A stretch of DNA of 63,430 bases, the filler included, from Octopus bimaculoides (taxonomy: Eukaryota): the NCBI RefSeq assembly GCF_001194135.2. It is 6 parts of 6 records of this genome, joined end to end, with 100 filler letters (N's around TTAATTAATTAA, not from the genome) between each part and the next. Parts side by side here need not be neighbours in the genome. Positions count along the whole stretch, not along the records: positions 1 to 21,888 come from NC_068993.1; 5 more parts are not named here. One strand, given 5' to 3'. Every line of letters starts with the position of its first letter. Position 1 is the first letter of the stretch. This document shows, piece after piece, positions 1 to 11,430 of this stretch. A program made the translations under genes and the position numbers. A model generated the notes under the pieces. The model was given only the letters and a program-made list of their open reading frames with translations. It ran no database searches and was not told the DNA's origin.

Positions 1-289
1 TATATATATATAATACATACAAGCATATACATATATAAACACATAGCTATAGACGTAAAACGGTATCATACGGGTGTGCATGCTTTATTGTGGACCAAGT
101 AATATTTAACACCACCATCTTTTAGTCTCCATACAAAGTTCTTTTTCTGAAAACGCCAGCTCATTCAGATGTTCCTTTATTCACAAAACCAAGTGTGCCT
201 ATCAATTTTGGCACAAATATGAATTTATAGTCTGAAAATAAGAAGCTGGGTGTTTCAAAGTAGTTGTACATAGTTATCCTCTTTCTCTT

Positions 290-1885
290 TCATTTTCAAA
301 GTGATATTCAAATCAGCAGGGCCTCGGGTCCCTCTGAGCCTCCCAGTTGTAGCAGTTAAGGTAACAGGAACTTTTGCCAAATTTAGACACTTCAGTAGCC
401 ATGATTGGGGGAATAAATTCAAATGCCTTCATATAATCAAGCCATATAGTTGCAAAGTTTTTAAAATGTTTTCTTCAGACAGTATTGCTTTGTTTATCAA
501 AAGCTGTTGGGCACACACCCACACTCCCTTCTTTCCTCCTGTCTACTCAACAGTCATTATTCCATTGGACTTGTAATGGTCCTGGAGGAATTGGTTGAGG
601 CAGTTGTGTACAGTTTGTATATAATATTTAGGCAGTGGTATCTGTCTTGATTACAAGATTTGTCATTATTATAGCAAGCCTATTTCGTATGTCAACCAGA
701 CCTTCCATAGTACATTTGAATATATTTATTAGTGTTTTTCTGTAACCTGTCAGCCTCTTGAATCAATATCCAAATATTAGGTCTCTTCCTGGTGCATTCC
801 CATCTTGCAGTTTGCCTACAGTCCTGCTGACATGTCTTACTCTTGGTGTTACTACAGTAATCCTTATCGTATTTAGCCACGATGTATTAATTTTGGAATC
901 CCCTTTTTCGTTTCAGATTTTCAACCCGAATGATTCATGATCCTGAGAGGAGTAGGGTGGCGTCTTTCTTAATAGTAACATTTTCCTTCTTTGTATCTCT
1001 GTATAATGCGTGTGAGTTAGAAGCAAACTTGAGATTTATACACGCTCATCAAAAAATTCGCTTGAGATAGCGAAGATTTTCGCTCAGTGCCCTGAGTTCG
1101 GACTTTAGAGTAATTAATCTTCCCTCTAGAGCTTGATGTGAAAAGTCACAATAGAATTTTGTTAATTTATTCATGAGATGTAATTGTTGAGGTGTAAACT
1201 CATTATTCTTCATTCATTTTATCGTGATTAACCATCCAGTATAACGGTGCAGACTGTTGCTGTTTTCTTGAAGATTTGCTTCCCATCTAAGTTACTTCTG
1301 TTTAGTAGTGTCATTACTCTCTATACAGTAGATTTCTCCAAATTGTTATTTGTGAGTGATAGCAGCTGTGTATATGACGATAGTAATATTCCAGCAATTA
1401 ACATCACATGATTCCGTGTGTTCTCTAATGACAGTGGATTACTTTCAACATTGGAGGTTTGGGATTATTTTTCTTAATTTTATTAAGAACGACTTGTGGC
1501 TTAATGATAGTTTCGAAAATATAGAAAAGTTCTCTACGAACTGTGGTTTCAAGATATTTTTAAGTTGAGTGTAGTTCACAGTTGTCTCTGTTGACTCAGT
1601 TATACTTGAAGACACACGAGAATGTAATGATGACGGTAGCAGTGTGTTTACATAATTTTCAATCTCTCTTCAGGCAAATTTAGTCGAGTTCTGTGTTTTG
1701 AGAAGTTAGATTTACAGCGCGAGCGTAATCAAATTTATAAAGATAGACGTATTTTGCCGACGCTGTTTCGCCGTAAAGGTGCTTAAGTTGGGGATGCGCC
1801 TCGCCCCAGTTTTTTTGACCGCTTGATATACCTAATAGAAGAGTTTTCGAGGGCTTTTTCATAGCAACGAAGTAAATCTTGGTTT
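290..1885 (-). mobile_element. Degenerate R4/Dong-clade non-LTR retrotransposon fragment (N-terminal region plus 5' half of RT), old lineage
   Basis: Manual minus-strand translation with frameshifts gives CLNIIYKLYT...EQTGGKKGVW..QLLINKAI...IWLDYMKAFEFIPQSWLLKCL (~370-640). LNQDLLRCYEKA...RYIKRSKK/WGEAHPQLKHL (1700-1885) resembles the R4 N-terminal Myb-like region. Confidence 0.75.
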
Positions 1886-1888
1886 AGA

Positions 1889-1924
<36 letters not shown>

Positions 1925-2086
1925 TGTATGTATGTACGTATGAGTTTATATATGTGTGCATATCTATATATATATATATGTGNNNNNNNNNNNNNNNNNN
2001 NNNNNNNNNNNNNNNNNNNNNNNNNNNNNNNNNNNNNNNNNNNNNNNNNNNNNNNNNNNNNNNNNNNNNNNNNNNNNNNNNNNNNN

Positions 2087-2146
<60 letters not shown>

Positions 2147-3724
2147 AGTGAGAGGGTATGTACACAGAGAGACAGAAAGACAGAAATACAGAGAAATGTT
2201 GATTGTAGAATGAATTTCTTTGTTGTTCCTATCAAAGTTTGCTAGACAGTCTTTCTTGAATTCATAATTTAAATGCTTCCGGAAAGTTCTACTCCATTCA
2301 ATCATTTGTCCTGTAATTTCATGCTGTATCCATCATCTTATGCGTAGGTATGTATGTGTTCGTGACTATCTCTGAAGGTATACCACATAATCTCTTTGTT
2401 CATGTATAACTCTGGAAACTGCGTTCACTGGGGAATAAGATGTGACGCTTCACATGCGTCATTTTGATTCAATATTAACCTGAGGAAATCACATTTATAT
2501 TGATACACATATATGGAGATGAAATTTTACGATATTCACTAACTGTCAAATAAATGGTTTAATAGATTCCAAAGAAATTGTATCATTCCTGAACATTGGA
2601 TAGTCTTACCGCGTTAGAGAAAAATAGACCAATAGAACTGATATTCTAAACATTTTCGTGCGGTTAAATGCATACATGTGGGAATGTTGTTGTTACCACA
2701 CCTTTGATCGAAATTGTTCTTGTTAGTTTTGTTGTCACGAGAAGTGTCATGTTTTTTTCTTTTAATAAGTATGCAAATTGATATGAAATATTTGTGTTAC
2801 TTCTCTTTCTCTCTGTAGCTTTAAACGCGAGGATTTATACATTTCCACATTATTTTTCGTTTGTGGTCTTTCCGCGGAGCTATATCGTGGTGTTGACAAA
2901 TAAGAAAATATAGAAATGTCTAAACACAGAACATTTTATCAGCTGATCATTTTAAAGTAATATTGCAATATTTGCTAAAGAAAGCAATTCTTCCATGCAC
3001 TTTGACATACTGAAATCCAGAAATGTAAAGAACGATGGCTTAACATATTTGAACAAGTCGACAATATGTGATGATGATGGTGATGGCAACAACGATGACG
3101 ACAATGTAGACGCCGACGATGACGATGAGGAGGAGAACAAAGAAAAAGACGACTATGATGATAATAAATTAAGTAGTATTTTCAAAAGTAATAGTGAATT
3201 TTTAAGTATGGTAATTGAATATTTCAATTAACTCAGTGGAACGCAGCAGTATTAGAAACACACTCTTGCTAAGGATTATGGCAAATATCCGGCAATTTCC
3301 CTTCCTTTAATTCCGTCCTTCAATGCACTTTGGATTCCCATTTATTTGTAAAGTTTGAAAATTCCCTCTTCTATTATTTTTTTAATCTCATTTAGATTAT
3401 TTCACAAATTCATTATTTTCTTTGTTTTGTGATCACGTTTTCTCTTAGAAAAACGACTTGGAAATATTAATGAAGTACAAGATTATTCCCATTAAATTAT
3501 TAATAACATAAATAAATGAATTGGTGGGGGAATTGGAAGTGGAATTGGATTCATCAATAATTTCTTACTCAGATCAACCATGAATTTATTCTCTGTCATT
3601 GTTTTGGTTGTTTGCTTATACATACATAAATAAATTATAATAAATTAAAATAATTTATTACCAGTGGTTAGCATGAACAAATAAAAGTCATAAGAGATAT
3701 CATATTTTTTAAAGCATAAAACGA

Positions 3725-4236
3725 TATAGAATACTTCTATACACAAAATGGAGGCCTTTGATAGGACTCCTTACATGCTAAAAAGGGCAGTTAAAACCTA
3801 AACCACGAAAAAAAAAAGAATACATGAGATACACCGATTATAACACTAGAACGAACAAAAAAATGAATTAGTTAATCCAGGACACAATCTATTTATTTAC
3901 TGCTGGACTATATATTTACGTTCGCGCACTAAGATCGAATCCATAATGGATAAAGATGTAGCTGTCATGCTTGCGTGTTTTCGGTACGTATTTGCAACTA
4001 CATAATTATTTATTAATTAACAATTTCGCTGATGAGCCACAGATTCCGAATTAGTTTATTTGGCAATTAATGGCGAAACTCGAGTCCGGGATTAACTAAT
4101 TCATTTTTTGTTCGTTCTAGTGTTCTAATCGGTGTGCCTCATGAAATCTTTTTTCGTCGTTTAGGTTTTAACTGGCCATTTAAGTATGTAAGTACTCCTG
4201 TCAAAGGTTTCCTCTTGTGTATAGAAATATTCTATA
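3725..4236. mobile_element. Non-autonomous hammerhead-containing element with ~155-bp inverted arms (Penelope/retrozyme-like)
   Basis: 3725-3883 is the diverged reverse complement of 4084-4236. The spacer holds the hammerhead core. No ORF. Confidence 0.75.
4022..4093 (+). ncRNA. Type I hammerhead ribozyme (minimal, palindromic stem III)
   Basis: Stem I AATTTCG(4022-28)/CGGGATT(4087-93); core CTGATGA 4029-35; stem II GCCA(4036-39)/TGGC(4071-74); GAAA 4075-78; stem III AC-TCGA-GT; cleavage triplet GTC 4084-86. Confidence 0.85.
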
Positions 4237-4240
4237 CATT

Positions 4241-4273
<33 letters not shown>

Positions 4274-4604
4274 GTATGCATACACACACAATTGTATATA
4301 TTTACTTATACATATACATGTATATATATGTGTGTGTGTGTATGTATACAAACAAGCATACATACAAATATGGGTGTTTATATACAAATATATACCTATA
4401 TGCATCTGTATACACATATTTATATTGTATTTTACAACACAAGATTCGGTTAAATGAGCAAGTGAAGAAAAATTAGACGGTGATTGTTTGAATTATATCT
4501 GCAAATATTTGTCATCCTCTTAGCACCAAATTCTTTAACGAATATTGGCACTAGATTTCTTTTGATACTATAATAACAACAACAACAATGAAGGAGAAGA
4601 AGAA

Positions 4605-4775
4605 GCTCAGTCGATTACATCGAGCCCACTGCGTAACTGGCACTTAATTTATTGACCCGAAAGGATGAAAGTCAAAGTCGACCTCGGCGGAATTTGAACT
4701 CAGAACGTAGCGACGGACAAGATACCGCTAAACATTTCGCCCGGCGTGCTAACGATTCTGCCAGCTCGCTGCCTT
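4605..4775 (-). mobile_element. tRNA-derived SINE, family A
   Basis: Reverse complement reads GGCAGCGAGCTGGCAGAATCGTTAGCACG...GAGTTCAAATTCCGCCGAGGTCGACTTTGACTTTCATCCTTTCGGGTC. Homologous to copies at 8965, 54110, 56778 and 60676. Confidence 0.9.
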
Positions 4776-5459
4776 TGGAATGATAATAATAATAATGGCC
4801 AAGTCTGATTAAATATTTTCTATGCAATTTTGTTTTATTTGAATCTATTGCTACGAATGTTACCGAAACGGTAGTAGAGTGTTCAGGCTGTTTACGTTCT
4901 GTTCAAATCCTGCTGGGTTCAATGTTTCGTGGCCTATAAAACAAAGAACTAATCAAGCACTGGCGATAATGTAATCGACTAAAACCTCACCTTTAGACTA
5001 TGTTAGAAGCAATAATAATTGTTGTTGTTGTTACAGTTGATGTTGTTGTTGCTGCTACTGGGGTTCTTATTGTTACCAGTGGCATTGCTCATATAGATGT
5101 TTTAAACTTAATCGTGAAACAAGTTCTATGGGAGTGTATGTAAGTGTATGCGTGCGTGCATATGTGCACCACAGTGTGTGTGAGAGTATGTGCATGTATG
5201 ATTGCATTGTATATCAGTGAAATTATGTGCGTATGTATATCAGGGCATGCGTGTGTATATGAAAATCTCTATGTATGGTGTATCCAACAAAGGTAATACG
5301 ATTAAATTTTCAAAATATCTTGCAAAATAATATAGTTCACTGAAGACAAGATGTGGAAAATTATATTTGTTTACTTCTAATTCGTTGGAAGTATTTTATA
5401 TCATAAACGTCATCGTCGTCGTCCAATTATCAATCATTATTATCATTATTTTTTTTCTT

Positions 5460-5940
5460 CTTCTTTCTTCAAATTTTCTTCCATTTCTCGCCGAGGGTTT
5501 TCCGTACACCTAGGCCAGAGAAGCTCATTGTATGCATTCCCAGTTTACTCACGCAAATTCACAGGTAAAATATGTATTTAAAAAAATTAATAAATGAATA
5601 AATTCATGTACAAATGTTGTTTTCACAACGATAATGCTCTTCTCAGTATATGAGTCGTTCCAGTTAACACGACTTTTTTTCACTTTCTATAAGGATGGTA
5701 AGCCTGGTATCATTTTCAAATAGGTTTCAGTACCTCTTTTTTATCATTCCTATAGATCCAACAATCACTGGTTCGGTAGTCGCCTTGAGATGCCACATTT
5801 TTTTCATTTTCTATAAGCAAGTCTTTATATTTACTGATTTTGTCAAATTCTTTCGCCGCTATATTGTGATCGCAAGGAATACTCATGTCAAATAATAAAC
5901 ACACCCTTTTTTGTCTAATCTTTTATAATAATATCCGGTT
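5460..5940 (-). mobile_element. R4/Dong-type LINE 3' fragment (RLE domain plus 3' UTR), lineage B2
   Basis: KPDIL..RVCLLFDMSIPCDHNIAAKEFDKISKYKDLLIE..MWHLKA..PVIVG. The 3' UTR matches 17015-17075 and 61488-61550. Confidence 0.9.
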
Positions 5941-5941
5941 T

Positions 5942-5967
5942 ACCATCATCATCATCATCATCATCAT

Positions 5968-6051
<84 letters not shown>

Positions 6052-6052
6052 T
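5942..6052. repeat. (ATC)n(ATT)n compound microsatellite
   Basis: Seen directly. Confidence 0.95.
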
Positions 6053-6054
6053 AT

Positions 6055-6230
6055 TTGTTTTTATCTCAGGTCTTGTTGGAAATCCCGGCGTCTTGTATAC
6101 GTGGCGGGCTTGCTTCCTGCAACTTACGGTACCATGCTATCTGTTCTTTTCAACTATCAAATACTTTCCTGATTATTCTGGCTGTGCTGAAGAGGTAAAC
6201 TCTTTATGATAGTTCAACTCTATTCCGATT
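6055..6230 (-). mobile_element. R4/Dong-type LINE extreme 3' end, lineage G
   Basis: Minus strand LFSTARIIRKVFDS* followed by a ~100-nt UTR running into (AAT)n. Confidence 0.7.
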
Positions 6231-6239
6231 ATTATTTAG

Positions 6240-6640
6240 AGAGCAGTGCATGCCATCAAAGTGACACTGGAGTAAAATAAACGAAGTCCAGTATACCCAT
6301 CATGACTACCCATCTGATAAGGGTACACCAGGAACATACATCACAACCACATGTGCGCTATATGTGATCTCATATCAAGATTAACAGCGCATGACTTTCC
6401 AGGTGGGACCCAGTTAGAATTTTCTTCGGGTCGAGGAGCCCATCCCGCTCAAAAGGTCCCTGAATAAGGATTAAGAATATTGAACGAAACACTCATGCTT
6501 CCAGGTGTAAAATATCCAAATCCCCAAAATTTCCTCTCAACACATGGCTCTCATACTTCCCCACTACTTCTTTTCGTGATCAGAGATGCACATATCATCA
6601 GTCACTAACGGTCATGCTCAAATGGTTAAGGTCAGACAAA
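6240..6640 (-). mobile_element. Unclassified non-coding interspersed repeat embedded in AAT tracts (3' part)
   Basis: Homologous to 56935-57130 (GATCTCATATCAAGA...CCTCTCAACACATGGCT...GATCAGAGATGCA). Flanked by ATT tracts. Confidence 0.75.
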
Positions 6641-6644
6641 TTAC

Positions 6645-6646
6645 TA

Positions 6647-6723
<77 letters not shown>

Positions 6724-6725
6724 GC
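6645..6725. repeat. (ATT)n microsatellite
   Basis: Seen directly. Confidence 0.95.
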
Positions 6726-6734
6726 TATATGTTT

Positions 6735-8248
6735 GATTTTTGCGTTGTATTTGTCCAAGTTGGCTCTAAGTCTCACCTAGAGACCTCAAAAGACAACAAG
6801 TTAGAAGTCCATGTTGGTGTTATGCCTAGGGTGTCTTATATTTCGTTTTGTACATAGTATTCTTCTTGAGAATTTTAAGAAAACAGAGGAGTGAGATGTG
6901 ATCACCAGTTTTAATCATAGAGTAGGTTTTTGCAAATTACCAAGTGAATATATTGTGCAGCTCTATCATACCTGTTGAGTTACTCTATAGGCGCAAGAAG
7001 ACTGCACATGGAAACAACATGATCAATGGTGTCATTTTGTTGTTGACGTACACGACATGTTGGGCAGCTGCCGTTCTTTAATATGTTGGCCTGGTAGTTT
7101 CTTATAGGTAGTCATTGATCTTGGGCTGATATGATAAACCCTTCTGTTTCTTCTTTTAATCCAGAAGATATTAACCATTGATGGGCAAGGGCTTTTTCAA
7201 CAGCGGCATTATTAGCTTTCTTTGGATATTTGCCATTGAAAGGCTTTTCTTGCCATTTACCAGTAAGAATTTCTAAGGCAGTAGTTTTAGCACGGGCTTT
7301 CATACGATTAGGTTTTCTGTGCGTATTTCTAGTACGTCTAATTCTGGAATTTGTTGTATTTGGTATTCACTTATATATTACTTTGCCTGTTTTGTTACTC
7401 AGTAGGATGCTTTCTGGCTTTCATGTTTTAAGACAAGTTTTAACATCCAGTCCTGAGAGTATTCAGGTAGGTGGCTAAGCCAATTGTGGCAATCTTCATT
7501 GTTAAATACAGTTGTAAAATCCACGGCCTCCCTCTTTTGGGGGTAGATAAAGTCGTTCTATATATATGCCTTAGTGCGGTGCATTCTATGCATTGTCAGC
7601 AATCTACATATTTTCTGTCAAGATTACATATTCCAGTAATTGACCTGTTAACGATATTGAAACTGTAAGTCACGACATGTATGGCTAAAGTATTGATAGC
7701 TTCGATCTTGTTTCTTGCATTCCGCTTTGCATTGAGTTTTGCTATTAACCTGCGATAATATTCTCTTCTGATACTTTCCCTCGTCACTGAATGTTTGATT
7801 CCATTCTCTTCAAATATCCCTGGGTATTTGTATGTCTCCGCTGGTTTTAACTCCTTTATGACATTCTGCTGGTCAAGGTTAACATTAGATATTTTTGTCA
7901 TTTTTCCTTTGATAAAGGTCGCTTTTGCACATTTATCGAGACCAAATTGCATCCTGATGCCATTACTGAATTGTTTAGCATTCGCTAGTAAGCCCTGTAG
8001 TTGTTGGTCATTTTTTGAAAAAAGCTTTAAATCATCTATGTAAATGAGATGATTTATATTTTTATCAAACATTTTATAACCGTACTCTACATCATTGAGC
8101 AATTTCGAGAGAGGTACTAAGGCTAGAGAAAATAGAGAGTCACCCTGGAAAATGCCACATGAAATTCTTACGTCTCCAGCATTAAGAGATTCATTGTCAC
8201 TATTCAAAGTCAGTGTGGTTCTGCATGATCTCATACTTACAGACAAAA
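6735..8248 (-). mobile_element. 5'-truncated R4/Dong-type LINE (RT 3' half, zinc knuckle, 3' UTR; RLE region deleted), lineage B
   Basis: ORF 7596-8246 has GIFQGDS..INHLIYIDDLKLF..MQFGLDKCAK..YKYPGI..NKIEAINTLAI. ORF 7112-7303 has WLISSGLKEETEGFIISAQDQ. CPTCRV..TIDHVVSMC..RYDRAAQYIH follows. Confidence 0.92.
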
Positions 8249-8249
8249 A

Positions 8250-8271
8250 GTTATTATTATCATTATTATTA

Positions 8272-8321
<50 letters not shown>

Positions 8322-8323
8322 AT

Positions 8324-8415
<92 letters not shown>
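8250..8415. repeat. (ATT)n(AAT)n(ATT)n microsatellite with polarity switch
   Basis: Seen directly. Confidence 0.95.
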
Positions 8416-8416
<1 letters not shown>

Positions 8417-8572
8417 GACGGCAGAATCCTTAGTATTCGGGCAAATACTTAGCGGCATTTCGTGTTTACGTCCTGAAGTTCAATTAAGTACCAGTTGAAC
8501 ATAGTGGGTCGATGTAATTCATTTATCTCCTACTCCAAAAATGCTAGGTTTGTGCTAAAATTTGAAACGATG

Positions 8573-8593
8573 AGTAGTAGCAGTAGTAGTAGC

Positions 8594-8652
<59 letters not shown>
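8573..8652. repeat. (AGT)n microsatellite
   Basis: Seen directly. Confidence 0.95.
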
Positions 8653-8653
<1 letters not shown>

Positions 8654-8964
8654 TTATTTTGTAGTATAGGCTTCAAAGCATTTTACTCTGGGAGAAAGTC
8701 CAATTATATTTGTTTGCGTTAGAATATCTCATAGCCTGTATTATGGCCTTTCAGAGCTTTTAATTTTAAACACATTTTAAAAATACATTACAATTTTATA
8801 TTTATAGCCTTCATAAAATTTGGCGGTTTCTTTTTCTGTTTTTTTTTTTTTTTCAATCAGTATGAAGTTTTACTTCATTCAAAAACAGTGTAAATAAATC
8901 ATCATTCTTTGCTTTAAAACTGTAGTAAATTTTTTAAAGTCATGCTGATATCTTTATTTCATAT

Positions 8965-9175
8965 AAGGTGGCGAGCTGGCAGAATCGTCATCACACCGGG
9001 CAACATGCTATGCGGCCTTTCGACCGTCTTCATATTTTGAGTTTAAATTCCGTCGAGGTCGGTTGTACCCTTCATCCTTTCGTGGTCAGTTAAAATAAAT
9101 ACCACTTGAACACCGGAGTGAATCGACTTACCCCTCCTCCGGAATTGCTATCTTTGTGCCAAAATTTAAAACCAA
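8965..9175 (+). mobile_element. tRNA-derived SINE, family A
   Basis: AAGGTGGCGAGCTGGCAGAATCG...GAGTTTAAATTCCGTCGAGGTCG...CCTTCATCCTTTCGTGGTC. A more decayed copy lies at 8415-8555. Confidence 0.85.
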
Positions 9176-9439
9176 TATTCTTTTTCACAAAAAACCTATG
9201 GATTATTATAAACAAACCGCAAATTTGATAACTTTTTCATTCTACAGCTGAGATGGAAATGAAGAAATTTTGAGGTTTAAGTCTTTAGTGAATTAAGTTT
9301 GGTATAGTCAAATAAAGTGAAAAGGAGTAACATCTTTCAATTTAGTTGAATGCCAAATTATCTATATTACGTGGAACCTTGTTCATAAGAAGCAGTGATT
9401 TATTTTCAAGTTTTTTAACCCGAAAATATTCTATGACAT

Positions 9440-10055
9440 CTGAGCAGGAAGAGGAAGTAGATCAATCTTGAGAGACTGTTCTGGTGATATACTCCCTTCT
9501 AGCCGATCACCACATTACAGGAAGATGAGATTTACAGTACAGCTTCTTGTGTCCCAGGGTGATAAACAACCAGTGTCTCCAACATTGGATCTCTTGAATC
9601 ATTACCATCAAGTTGATACGTCTATCGATCTTTGACAACCTGGCAACTTGGTGCAGATTTTTCTCTTTTAAAAACGTTATTTTGCCTAAGTATCCCTGTC
9701 CAAAACATATTTGTTTCCTCTACATTCAAATCTTGTGATGTGCATCATCCTTAATCAATTAATAGTTTTCTATAAATCTGGAAACGCTGGTGTAGCTTCT
9801 TTGTCGATGCATTTTTGTTGCTTCTTGCAGACCCTCGTGTTTTCTGTATTTCGTGCAAATTCCAGTAATTCTTGAAACACATAAACCAACTTCAATTTTC
9901 TACGAAGTTTCACTTTTTACACAAATGTTCTTTGCGTGCTTTATGTCCTTAAATATGTTTAAAACTTTCTTTTGTATGGCACGTAGAAAATAGAGTTACA
10001 AAAACGTATCTTTCAGTGATGTTTTTTAAAATAGTTTCATACCATCCATTCTATT
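9440..10055 (-). pseudogene. Decayed Tigger/pogo-family DDE transposase
   Basis: Frameshifted minus translation gives NGWYET, NVEETNMFW (cf. NxDETGLFW), EKSAPSCQVVKDR, LDGNDSRD, LETLVVYH, HLPVMW, in the motif order of Tigger transposases. Confidence 0.75.
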
Positions 10056-11029
10056 GGTTCCCTTTCTAATCAGTTTTTTAGTAGCTAAAAATATTATATT
10101 TTGAGACAAGCTTCATATTTTTCTTCATTATTTTCGAATTATTGCAAATGTTTCATATTATCGAAGACCGAAAACTATTATAATATACACACCTTGCTGT
10201 CCATCATCGCAACACTCATACTTTATTTTATAAACATATAAAATTTCGACTTTTGTCCTGCACGGACTGTCCACGCCTAGGTTTAACCACATTTAAGAGG
10301 ATAAATCAAGAATAAATCGTTACTAATCAAAAACTGAGAGGCGTACGTCCCCGCCCCCCACCAGTTAGTGCCAAATCAAAAAATAATGAAACAATTGTTT
10401 AGTTTTTCATTATGATGGATTCATAAGAGTTCACTGCACGGCCGCATTGTTTCAATTGCAGCACTTACTCCAATTTTTTGTCCTATGTTTGACCCGCTAT
10501 ATTCATTAATTTGCCATAATTTATCATAATTTTCATTTAATATTTCGTTTTAAAACCAAAAGAAGGGCAAACTCTGAGTAGAAACTTAAAACAATATTTT
10601 AAGCTCAATAAATCGAAGAGAATCAAAATAATTTTAAATAGATAAACAAACACTGCGGTAGAAATGTTTAAGCTTGTAACTGTTAAAAATTTTCTTACTT
10701 TCGTTTTTATTGTTTATTTGTCGTCCTTTGAAGAAGCTACATTTTGTAGATTGTGGGCGTATAAAGATTACATCTTAGATGACGATCCTGAAATAAAAGT
10801 TGAATAATTAATATCTCTTTTCATCATCATTTTATTTATGCTTTCATTTTCTATTTATTTGAATTACAAATATAAGTTACAAAAGAAAGTAAAACATAAA
10901 TAACACGAATATTCAAGTATGACAAGTGTGCACGTCATGAAATGTTCTTTCTATTGAGAAGAATTTGCTTTTATTTTATTTCTCATGAATTTTTAATGAA
11001 ACGAAGTCGTCTTGAGAACCTCTGGAAGA

Positions 11030-11430
11030 AAAGTCTGCTTTTTTGTAAGAAGTTTGCTTCCATAGCTCGTGGTTCCGGATTCAGTCCCCTTACGTGGAAC
11101 CTTGTCTTCTGGTATAGTTCCAGGTCGACAAAAGCCTTGTGAGTGATTCTGGTCGACGGAAACTGAAAGAAACTCATCTTATATGTGTGTGTATGCGTGT
11201 GTGCGTGCGTGCATAGGTGCGTGTGTTTGTGAGTGTGTGTACATGTGTGTGTGTGTATTTGCGTGTATATGTTTGCTTGACAGCCGATGTTGGTTTGTTT
11301 ATGTCCAGTGAATTAGCAATTCAGTAAAAGCGACAGATACAATATATACTGGGCTCGATTCTTTCGACAACATTCCTTCAAGCTGGTGTCCCAGCATAGC
11401 CGTAGTTCTCTGACTGAAATAATTAAAAAG
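11030..11430 (+). mobile_element. tRNA-derived SINE, family B (decayed, near full length)
   Basis: GGTTCCGGATTCAGTCCC...AAAGCCTTGTGAGTG...GACGGAAACTGAAAGAA-(TG)n-...CCCAGCATAGCCGTAG. Homologous to 23381, 58345 and 58893. Confidence 0.85.

Noticed and set aside
2952-3231. Acidic (D/E/N-rich) ORF
   Set aside because: Explained by a decayed GAT/GAC trinucleotide repeat; no splice or homology support.
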